The position numbers were made by a program, and so were the translations under genes. The notes under the pieces were generated by a model that had not been told where the DNA came from, did not search any database, and saw nothing but the letters and a program-made list of their open reading frames with translations. From Archangium sp. (GTDB taxonomy: Bacteria; Myxococcota; Myxococcia; Myxococcales; Myxococcaceae): 11,415 bases of DNA. Below, piece by piece: positions 1-6,823 of the stretch. How positions within the stretch are numbered: the first letter of the stretch is position 1; each line of letters starts with the position of its first letter. The DNA lies in contig JANLPS010000389.1 of the NCBI GenBank assembly GCA_031367385.1, forward strand, positions 1 to 11,415. The letters run 5' to 3'.

Positions 1-137
1 CGGTCGACGCCGAACCCAGCACTGGGTTCGTCGGCGTTGTTGTCGAGCCGCAGAGACGCGATGGCCAACTGCCTCGTCTGGAGTTCGGTGAGCTGCTCAA
101 GCTTCGGCGTCTGGCGATTTGTGAAACGGGGTTTCAT
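1..137 (-). CDS. Partial hypothetical protein (5' end only; runs off the window), MKPRFTNRQTPKLEQLTELQ...
   Basis: ATG at 137-135 overlaps the TGA stop (136-134) of the DUF4105 gene as ATGA. The frame is open to the window edge with mostly G/C third positions. No family recognised. Confidence 0.5.
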   Translation of the reverse strand, partial: MKPRFTNRQTPKLEQLTELQTRQLAIASLRLDNNADEPSAGFGVD

Positions 138-1375
138 GGAGATTTTGAATGACGGTAGTCGGACCACCACAGCGCGGCCATTGCCACATTGATGGGGAGT
201 ACGAGGGCGATCAGGTTCCAGTTGTCTTGGTTGAACGGCGGTAACAGCTTCAGGAGTACCCCAAGCATGGCCGTCGCGGCGAGCACAGTCCACGTCCATC
301 GCAAAAAGGTTCGCGCTTTCTTCGAGCCAAACGTCAGCATCGCGCCGAACGGCAAGGCCATGAAAGTCACCGGGTTGATGAGAAAAAGGTTCTCATTTCG
401 GTGAGTCACCTGCTGATCGGTGAAAAAACCCATGAAGAACAGCACCACTCCGAGCACGCCGATGAGCCCCATCGCCATCGTCAGCAGGCTCAGCAGCACC
501 CGGGGCGCAGTCGATTTTCGCCCCCGCTCCCAGCGCTGAAGACCCAGGGCCGACGCGCCGACGGCGAGGCCAATCACAAACAACAGAGGTGTCCACCGTG
601 GGGGGGTCTCGGGCGGCCGAGGGCGGTTCTTGGCAGTGAAGAAATTGAACTGGCGCCTGATCATCGGCACCTTCGAGCCATCGGGCCGGGTGATGCTCAG
701 GTTCGCCAACTGCCGCTCGAGCTCGTCGGGCAAGAAGGCTTCTTCTCTCACGGTGATCGGCCGCTCGAGCAAGTCGTTCTGCAGGTAGTCGAGCACCAGG
801 CTCAGCGGCGGGTTCACCATCGAGTACAGCCGGGTCAATTCACGCAGGCTCATGCGCGCGGGCGCGGTGCTGGCCTGGGCGAGCTGGCCTCCGATGGCGC
901 CGTCGATGATGTCGCGGGGCCGGGTCGAGCAGTTGTCGTCGTAGTGCTGGTAGAGGTAGCCGCGGTTCTCGGGCAGCACGTTGGTGCCCAGGGCCTTGGC
1001 CACTGCCAGTGCCTGGTCGGGCAGCAGGTTGAGCTCTTGAATGCGCACGTCTCGGTTGAGTCGTTTGTAGAACTCGAAGGTGAGGTCGACGTTGGCTTCT
1101 CCGACCCAGAACTCGAGCCGCCCCTTCATGAAGCGGCGCAAGAACGCAGCCGGGTCTTCGAAGCTGAACATGCCGTAGTTGTAGAGGCGCGCGTGGCCCA
1201 GCCGGGTGTCTTGAACGACCAGCGAGCTGTGCCCCCACAGGTCATTGACCTCGTCGCCGGGGCTGAAGGTCACGAGCCAGATGACGAGGTCGTCTGGGTG
1301 GCTCTCGCCCGTCATCCACGGGGGTAAGACCTGACCGAGACTCAGTGCGAGAACCAGCGCGGGAGCGAGCAGCAT
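134..1375 (-). CDS. DUF4105-domain membrane protein, Lnb-like (putative lipoprotein N-acyltransferase family)
   Basis: N-terminal signal-like segment; motifs TFSPGDEV..LWGHSSL, YNYGMFSF and YLYQHYDDNCSTRPRD, matching the conserved His/Cys pattern of DUF4105; about five C-terminal hydrophobic helices. Family call from motif recognition, function by inference. Confidence 0.85.
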   Translation of the reverse strand: MLLAPALVLALSLGQVLPPWMTGESHPDDLVIWLVTFSPGDEVNDLWGHSSLVVQDTRLGHARLYNYGMFSFEDPAAFLRRFMKGRLEFWVGEANVDLTFEFYKRLNRDVRIQELNLLPDQALAVAKALGTNVLPENRGYLYQHYDDNCSTRPRDIIDGAIGGQLAQASTAPARMSLRELTRLYSMVNPPLSLVLDYLQNDLLERPITVREEAFLPDELERQLANLSITRPDGSKVPMIRRQFNFFTAKNRPRPPETPPRWTPLLFVIGLAVGASALGLQRWERGRKSTAPRVLLSLLTMAMGLIGVLGVVLFFMGFFTDQQVTHRNENLFLINPVTFMALPFGAMLTFGSKKARTFLRWTWTVLAATAMLGVLLKLLPPFNQDNWNLIALVLPINVAMAALWWSDYRHSKSP

Positions 1376-1381
1376 GGCGTC

Positions 1382-2002
1382 TTAGAAAGACCACCCGACG
1401 TTGAGATTCAACAACAGGCCGATCGACCCATTATCGACCGAGGCGCTCTGCCCGGTGAGGGTCGCTGACGCGCCGTAGAGGTTGAACGACGGCCCGACCT
1501 GCGCCTCGAAGGTGAAGCCGATGTTGGTGGCGATTTTGTACGCGACGAAGGGTGAAATCGCGAAGCCCGCCGCGTCGACCACCGGGTAGTAGAGAAACAG
1601 ACCCTGCGCGCCGAGCGCCATGCCGTGGTCGAAGGTGCCCAGCAGGTAGTACTTGAACTGCGTGCCGACCTCGAACTCGAGCAGGTTCAGCGGGGCACCG
1701 AGGCCGAAGACCCCGGCGAGGCCGAACTTGTCGGCGAGACGAAACTCGGTGAGCACCTCGGCGATGGGCAAGAACAGCAGCAGCGGCGAAAAGGTGAGTG
1801 AGAAGCGGTGCTCTTTGGTGACGATGGGGGTCTTGACCGGCTCTGGCTGCGGCGGCGGGGTGACCCGATCGGGCGCGGCTGGGGCGGGCTGATCTGGCGG
1901 CGGTGGAGGCAGCGGCAGATCTGGCGGCGGCGGCGGGTCGGCCTGCTCGCTGGGCGTAACGGCTGTCAGGGCCAGAAAAATGGCCAGGCTAAGCGACGAC
2001 AT
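1382..2002 (-). CDS. Exported protein with Pro-rich linker and putative small outer-membrane beta-barrel (DUF3575-like)
   Basis: Purine-rich SD-like GAGGGGGAG upstream of ATG 2002; signal peptide; poly-Pro linker; alternating amphipathic strands; C-terminus LNLNVGWSF ends in Phe like a beta-signal. Confidence 0.7.
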   Translation of the reverse strand: MSSLSLAIFLALTAVTPSEQADPPPPPDLPLPPPPPDQPAPAAPDRVTPPPQPEPVKTPIVTKEHRFSLTFSPLLLFLPIAEVLTEFRLADKFGLAGVFGLGAPLNLLEFEVGTQFKYYLLGTFDHGMALGAQGLFLYYPVVDAAGFAISPFVAYKIATNIGFTFEAQVGPSFNLYGASATLTGQSASVDNGSIGLLLNLNVGWSF

Positions 2003-2026
2003 GTCCTGCGCTCCCCCTCGTGAAAA

Positions 2027-2575
2027 CTACTGTTTGAACCAGCGGCCCTCGGAGGCGTTGACCTCGACGGTGGGCTCAGAATCTCGGGCCACTCCGGCGG
2101 CGCGCAGGGCGCCCGGGCCGGCGATCGGAGCCGATGGTGGAGACGCCGCGGCGGCAGCCCCCGGAGTCGGCGCGGTCACTCTGGGCTCAGGAATGGCAGC
2201 AACTGCGGGCGCTTCGGCGCGCGCTTCGTGGTGTGCAGGGTCATGGTGCGGTGGAGTCGGGACCGGCGGGGGAAGTGACACCGGGGTCAAGAGCACGTGA
2301 TTGACGGCCTCGCGCAGCAGCTGCCCGACGGTCTTGTCAGACCGGGTGGCGAGCTGGTTGAGCGCATCGGCCAGGTCAGGGGTCACCCGAAACATCATGG
2401 TGCGCACCGACTGCATGGTCTGCGTCAGCTCTTCGAGGGCGGCGCTGGGGCGTGAAATCGCGAAATCACCCTGGTCGATCATCGTCTTGATGCGCCGCGC
2501 GAGATCTTCTCGCGTGTACCAGGCGTTATCGAGAAGCACGGCCTCGGCATCGACATCGACGGGGAACTGATTCAT
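2027..2575 (-). CDS. Ribbon-helix-helix (CopG-like) domain protein with Pro/Ala-rich tail
   Basis: Segment RTMMFRVTPDLADALNQLATRSDKTVGQLLREAVNHVL fits the strand-helix-helix RHH pattern. It is preceded by a ~55-aa N-terminal domain and followed by a low-complexity linker ending SEGRWFKQ. Confidence 0.75.
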   Translation of the reverse strand: MNQFPVDVDAEAVLLDNAWYTREDLARRIKTMIDQGDFAISRPSAALEELTQTMQSVRTMMFRVTPDLADALNQLATRSDKTVGQLLREAVNHVLLTPVSLPPPVPTPPHHDPAHHEARAEAPAVAAIPEPRVTAPTPGAAAAASPPSAPIAGPGALRAAGVARDSEPTVEVNASEGRWFKQ

Positions 2576-2715
2576 GACCGCCCACAGTGCCCACCCCGCC
2601 GTCGTTTGGTCAAGCGGTGGTCACAGGCAGCCTGAAACCCTTCCCATCCAAGTGGAATTCCCCCGTGCAACTTCCCTTGATTCCTAGCGTTTTCTCGGGA
2701 AAGTGTGCGGCCCCG
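2576..2715. promoter_or_regulatory. Divergent promoter region between the RHH gene and the bat operon
   Basis: 140-bp, less GC-rich gap between divergent starts. Candidate TTGACC-N18-CACTGT on minus (2613-2584) and TTGATT-N18-AAGTGT on plus (2677-2706). Both -10 candidates are weak matches. Confidence 0.45.
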
Positions 2716-3681
2716 GTGCGTGCCTTTGTGTTGATTCTCACCTTGCTGAGCGCGACGGCTTTCGCCGACGCAGATGGAGGCATCGCGCCTGCCTTGAGCG
2801 TGAAGCTCCGCGCGGTGCCGCAGAGCGCCAAGGTGGGCGAAGTCTTCGGCGTCGAAGTGGTGATCACCCACGACAGCGGTCAGCGGTACGAGCTCAAGCC
2901 GCCAGGTGACCTGGGCGCCTTCGACTTCGTGACCAGCGAGCGCACTCGGCGCGATGGGGCCGAGTCGTCGACGACGACGTTCTTGGTGAAGCTGCAGGCG
3001 TTCGAGCTTGGGGTGCAGACGACTCCGCTGCTGGTCTTCGAGGTGAGCGAGGCAGCTGGGGCGGCCAGCATGACGGTGAACGGCACCGAGGTTGAGATCG
3101 TCTCGTCGTTGCCGGCCGACGCGAAGGCGACCGGCGCCGATCTGTACGACATTCGACCTCCGCTCGAAGTGCCGGTACGTACCTGGCGGGTGCTCTACGC
3201 GCTGCTGGCGTTGGCGGCGTTGGGCCTTGGTGCCTGGGCGTTGCTTCGGTACCTGAGGCGGCCCAAAGCCGCGGCGCCAGTGGTGGTCAGACCGGTGGCG
3301 GCGTTGCATGTGCGGGCGTTGTCGGCGCTCGACAATCTGGGCCGTGAGAATCTGCCGGCGCAGGGGCGCATCAAAGAGTTTTACTTTCGGCTCTCGGAGA
3401 TCATGCGCGGCTATTTGGGCGAGCGGTATGCGTTCGACGCACGCGAGAGCACGACCCCCGAGCTGCTCGACGCGTTGCGCACGCGAGCGACGCCGGGGTT
3501 GCCCTTCAAAGAGCTCTCAGACTTTGCGCATCAGTCAGACTTCGTTCGTTACGCCAAGGCCGACGTGTCTCCCGATGATTGCAAGGCGGCGCTCGAGCTG
3601 GCCTACCGAATCGTTCACGGCACGACGGCCGTGGCTTCACCCTCACCGACCGTGACCGCTCCGCCCAATGCAGCCAGTTGA
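2716..3681 (+). CDS. Bat-operon accessory membrane protein (BatD-like N-terminal domain, single TM, DUF4381-like C-terminus)
   Basis: Start moved from 2587 to GTG 2716, which gives a clean signal peptide (MRAFVLILTLLSATAFA). Contains LYDIRPPL before the TM helix and FYFRLSEIMRGYL..RY...ARESTT.EL and DFVRYAK, typical of the gene preceding batA. Confidence 0.8.
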   Translation: MRAFVLILTLLSATAFADADGGIAPALSVKLRAVPQSAKVGEVFGVEVVITHDSGQRYELKPPGDLGAFDFVTSERTRRDGAESSTTTFLVKLQAFELGVQTTPLLVFEVSEAAGAASMTVNGTEVEIVSSLPADAKATGADLYDIRPPLEVPVRTWRVLYALLALAALGLGAWALLRYLRRPKAAAPVVVRPVAALHVRALSALDNLGRENLPAQGRIKEFYFRLSEIMRGYLGERYAFDARESTTPELLDALRTRATPGLPFKELSDFAHQSDFVRYAKADVSPDDCKAALELAYRIVHGTTAVASPSPTVTAPPNAAS

Positions 3682-4714
3682 CCCCACCACGATGAGTGGC
3701 CTGCAGGCCTCGCTCAACGCGTTCGCCAACTGGCGCGCGCTGGGGTTGTTGCTCTTGGTGCCGGTGCTGATCGGCTGGGCGGTGGTCGAGCGGCGGCGGC
3801 GCGCGGTGCTGCGCTTCTCGGCGGCCTCGGAGTTGTTCAAGCAAGGCCGTGGGCTGCGCCCCCGGTTCTTGTGGGTGTTGCCGGTGTTGCGCGTGCTGGC
3901 GTTCTGCTGCGCGGTGGTCGCTTTGGCCCGGCCGCAAGAGCGTGACTCGCGCACCCGTGACCTGAGCGTCGAGGGCATCGACATCATGATCGCGCTCGAC
4001 CTGTCGACCTCGATGGAGGCCGCCGACTTCAAGCCGCAGAACCGGCTGCACGTGGCCAAAGAGGTGCTCACCGAGTTCTTGGCGAGCCGGTCGAATGATC
4101 GCATCGGCTTGGTGGTGTTTTCGGGAGCGGCCTACACGCAGGCGCCGCTGACGTTGGACTATGGGGTCGTCAAAGAGGTGATCTCGCAGCTGCGCACGCG
4201 GGTGCTCGAAGACGGCACGGCGATTGGTGACGCGGTGGCGACGGCGCTGAACCGGCTGCGAGACTCTGACGCGAAGAGCCGAGTGGTGGTGCTGATTACC
4301 GACGGCGACAACAACGCGGGCAAGTTGTCACCGATCGACGCGGCGGCGATGGCCAAGGCGATAGGCATACCGGTGTATTCGATTCTGGTCGGTAAGGGCG
4401 GCAAGGTACCCTTCCCCGCGGGGACGGATTTGTTCGGCAATACGACCTGGCGTGACGTCGAGATACCGGTGAACCCGGAGCTGCTGCAGTCGATGGCCGC
4501 GACGACCGGCGGTGAGTTTTACCGGGCGACCGACCGCGAGAGCTTGAAGGCGGGGCTGCAGAAGGTGCTCGATTCGCTCGAGCGCTCGAAGATCATCGAG
4601 GGCGGCGCGTCGGCGACGTACCGCGAGCTGTTTCACCGGTGGCTGCTCTGGGCGTTTGCGTTGCTGGCGCTCGAGTTGTTGCTCAAGTCGACGCTGCTTC
4701 GGGTGAACCCATGA
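3668..4714 (+). CDS. batA: BatA: VWA-domain membrane protein
   Basis: N-terminal TM/BatA segment and ALARPQ; MIDAS DLSTS; DRIGLVVF; APLTLDY; GTAIGDA; LITDGDNNAG; C-terminal TM. Alternative start ATG 3692. Confidence 0.92.
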   Translation: MQPVDPTTMSGLQASLNAFANWRALGLLLLVPVLIGWAVVERRRRAVLRFSAASELFKQGRGLRPRFLWVLPVLRVLAFCCAVVALARPQERDSRTRDLSVEGIDIMIALDLSTSMEAADFKPQNRLHVAKEVLTEFLASRSNDRIGLVVFSGAAYTQAPLTLDYGVVKEVISQLRTRVLEDGTAIGDAVATALNRLRDSDAKSRVVVLITDGDNNAGKLSPIDAAAMAKAIGIPVYSILVGKGGKVPFPAGTDLFGNTTWRDVEIPVNPELLQSMAATTGGEFYRATDRESLKAGLQKVLDSLERSKIIEGGASATYRELFHRWLLWAFALLALELLLKSTLLRVNP

Positions 4715-4884
4715 GCGCGTTGAGCAACAGGGCTCCTCTGAGACCCCGAACTCTCATGGGACCCCGAACTCTCATGGGACCCCGAACTCTCATGGTGAGC
4801 TTGTCGAACCATGCCCTAGGTCACCCGGGCTCTACCCTTCGAGTGCCTCAGGACGAGCGGCTTCGTTCAAAGGTGCTGCGATGA
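4711..4884 (+). CDS. Putative 57-aa repeat-derived mini-ORF (MSALSNRAPLRPRTLMGPRTLMGPRTLMVSLSNH...KVLR)
   Basis: ATG 4711 overlaps the batA stop (ATGA) and TGA 4882-4884 overlaps the batB start (ATGA); no internal stop. Translation is unproven. Confidence 0.35.
   Translation: MSALSNRAPLRPRTLMGPRTLMGPRTLMVSLSNHALGHPGSTLRVPQDERLRSKVLR
4742..4795 (+). repeat. Perfect tandem repeat, 3 x 18 bp GACCCCGAACTCTCATGG
   Basis: Identical units start at 4742, 4760 and 4778, read directly from the sequence. Confidence 0.97.
4786..4860. repeat. Inverted doublet of REP-like palindromic units (GAGCTTGTCGAA / TTCGA..CTCAGG type)
   Basis: Unit 1 at 4786-4811 is ACTCTCATGGTGAGCTTGTCGAACCA. Unit 2 at 4835-4860 reads CCGCTCGTCCTGAGGCACTCGAAGGG on minus. 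They align gap-free and each has its own short stem. Confidence 0.75.
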
Positions 4885-5927
4885 ACCCCTGGCGATTCTC
4901 GTTGCTCGGGTACCAGCTGGGCTTCGCGCAGCCTTGGTACCTGCTCGCGACGTTGGTCGCGCTGGCGATCGGCGGCGCTGCCCTCGTCTTTTCACTTCGC
5001 CGCTCGAAGCGGCTGTCACGCGCAGTGCCGAACCGGCTGGCGGCACTCCTGGCGCCCGGAGTCTCGAGGGTACGCCCCTCTCTGCAGAGCGGCGCCTACG
5101 GCCTCGCGCTCTTCTGCTTCGCGATCGCCCTCGCCCAACCTCAGTGCGGCGAGCGTGCCGAAATGGTCAAGCGCCACGGCATCGACGTGGTGGTCGCCCT
5201 CGACGCCTCGAAGTCGATGGACGCCCGCGACATTCAGCCCTCACGCCTCGAGCGCGCCAAGCTCGAGCTCTCGACCCTGCTCGACGAGCTCAAAGGCGAT
5301 CGCGTCGCCCTCGTGGTCTTCGCCGGCGACGCCTTCATTCAGTGCCCGCTGACCAGCGACTACCAGGCCGCCAAGATGTTCTTGCGCGCGGTCGACCCCG
5401 AGCAGATGCCCCAAGGTGGCACCAACATCGGAGCCGCCCTGCTGCTCTCGCGCCAGGTGCTCGACAGCGCCGATCGAGGCGCCAAAGACCGCGTCGTGGT
5501 GCTGCTCTCAGATGGCGAAGACCTGACCGGAGAAATCGACGAAGGCCTCGCGGCCCTCAAAGAAATCGGCGCCAAGATTCTCGGCATCGGCATCGGCAGT
5601 GAGCAAGGCGAGCCGATACCGCTGCTCAACAAGCGCGGCGACGTCGTCGGCTACAAGAAAGACGAGAACGGCACGACCGTCATCACCAAGCTCGACAGCG
5701 CCGGGTTGCAGCGCCTCGCTTCAGAGACCGGCGGCGAATATTTCTTCGTGCCGCGCGGCGTGGCGATGAGCGAGGTGGTCAAGCGCATCGACTCGATGCA
5801 GAAGAGCGAGCTCGAGAGCCACCTGATGATGCGGTACGCCGAAGAATACCAGCCCTTCGTGGCGGTCGGCGTGTTCTTCATGATTCTCGGCTTCGCGCTC
5901 CTGCCTTCGTGGAGGCGCGCGTCATGA
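4881..5927 (+). CDS. batB: BatB: VWA-domain membrane protein
   Basis: ALAQPQ; MIDAS DASKS followed by DIQPSRLERAK; DRVALVVFAG; CPLTSDY; LLSDGED; GIGSEQGEPIP typical of BatB; C-terminal TM. Confidence 0.92.
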   Translation: MNPWRFSLLGYQLGFAQPWYLLATLVALAIGGAALVFSLRRSKRLSRAVPNRLAALLAPGVSRVRPSLQSGAYGLALFCFAIALAQPQCGERAEMVKRHGIDVVVALDASKSMDARDIQPSRLERAKLELSTLLDELKGDRVALVVFAGDAFIQCPLTSDYQAAKMFLRAVDPEQMPQGGTNIGAALLLSRQVLDSADRGAKDRVVVLLSDGEDLTGEIDEGLAALKEIGAKILGIGIGSEQGEPIPLLNKRGDVVGYKKDENGTTVITKLDSAGLQRLASETGGEYFFVPRGVAMSEVVKRIDSMQKSELESHLMMRYAEEYQPFVAVGVFFMILGFALLPSWRRAS

Positions 5928-6823
5928 CGACTGCGATGCTCGCGCTGCTGCTCGCGATGAGCCCCCTCGAGAAGAACGACCCGTTGACCGACCGGGGCAC
6001 GTCGGCGTTCAAGGCCGAAAAGTACGACGAGGCGTTGAGCAGCTTCGAGGCCGCCGCCCGCGAGCGACCCAACGACCCACGCCCTCAGTTCAACTTGGGC
6101 GCCGTGCTGCACAAGCTTGGCCGCAACGCTGACGCCAACCAAGCGCTCAGCAAGGCCGAAGAGCTCGATTCGAAGCACGAATTCACCAATCAAATTCACT
6201 ACAACCGCGGCACCATCGCGGCCAGCGAGGGCAAGAAAGAAGAGGCGATCAAAGAGTATCGCCGCGCCCTCCGGGCCGACCCCAACGACGAGCTCGCCCG
6301 GCACAACCTCGAAGTGGTGCTGCGCGACCTGCCTCCCAAGCCGAAGCCTGGCCCCGACGGTGGCAGCGATGGCGGCGCCTCAGACGGCGGTGGCAACGCC
6401 GATGGCGGCAAATCGCAAGACGGCGGCAGCGACGCGGGCCGGCCCGATGGCGGGGGCAATGATGGTGGCGCGGCTGACTCGGGTGCGCCGACCGACGGCG
6501 GCAAGGGCGATGGCGGGAGCGGTGATGCGGGCGCGGGTGACGGCGGCTCGGGCGACGGCGGGCAAGGCGACAAGCCCCAGAGCGGCGACGGGGGCCAGGG
6601 CGACAAGGACCAGCGAGGCGATGCGGGCACCGATGGTGGCGCGCGCGGCGATGGTGGAACCGACGACGAGGGTCAGCAACCCGAGATGCAACCCGACGGC
6701 GGCTTGTCGAAGAAAGAAGCTGAAAAAGCCCTCGACTCGATGAAGAACGGCGAAAAGAACCTCCAGCTCTGGCGCTTCAGGCAGAAGACGCAGAAGAACG
6801 ACAACCATGGCAAGGACTGGTAG
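5924..6823 (+). CDS. batC: BatC: TPR protein with Gly/Asp-rich linker
   Basis: ATG 5924 overlaps the batB stop (ATGA). TPR motifs ([28 protein letters not shown]); [11 protein letters not shown] helix; terminal KDW as in BatC. Confidence 0.88.
   Translation: MTTAMLALLLAMSPLEKNDPLTDRGTSAFKAEKYDEALSSFEAAARERPNDPRPQFNLGAVLHKLGRNADANQALSKAEELDSKHEFTNQIHYNRGTIAASEGKKEEAIKEYRRALRADPNDELARHNLEVVLRDLPPKPKPGPDGGSDGGASDGGGNADGGKSQDGGSDAGRPDGGGNDGGAADSGAPTDGGKGDGGSGDAGAGDGGSGDGGQGDKPQSGDGGQGDKDQRGDAGTDGGARGDGGTDDEGQQPEMQPDGGLSKKEAEKALDSMKNGEKNLQLWRFRQKTQKNDNHGKDW
6356..6703 (+). repeat. Low-complexity coding repeat: 15 DGG plus DAG/DSG tripeptides within batC
   Basis: Counted from the translation; degenerate GAYGGNGGN units in the DNA. 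Confidence 0.85.

Noticed and set aside
401..1327. 308-aa plus-strand ORF and other long antisense or alternate-frame ORFs (e.g. 2572-3309, 4934-5602, 5651-6304, 7407-8204, 9334-10131)
   Set aside because: They shadow well-supported genes, carry no recognisable motifs, and are expected in high-GC DNA.
1891..1930. 13-bp direct repeat GATCTGGCGGCGG
   Set aside because: Explained by the duplicated PPPPD segment in a Pro-rich linker.
2587..2715. 43-aa N-terminal extension of the first bat-operon gene
   Set aside because: It would bury the signal peptide and leave no room for divergent promoters; GTG 2716 fits better.
4742..4795. CRISPR array
   Set aside because: Repeats are directly adjacent with no spacers, only 18 bp long, and no cas genes are present.
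4715..4884. Autonomous IS element
   Set aside because: Too short, no transposase, and no terminal inverted repeats at the insert ends.
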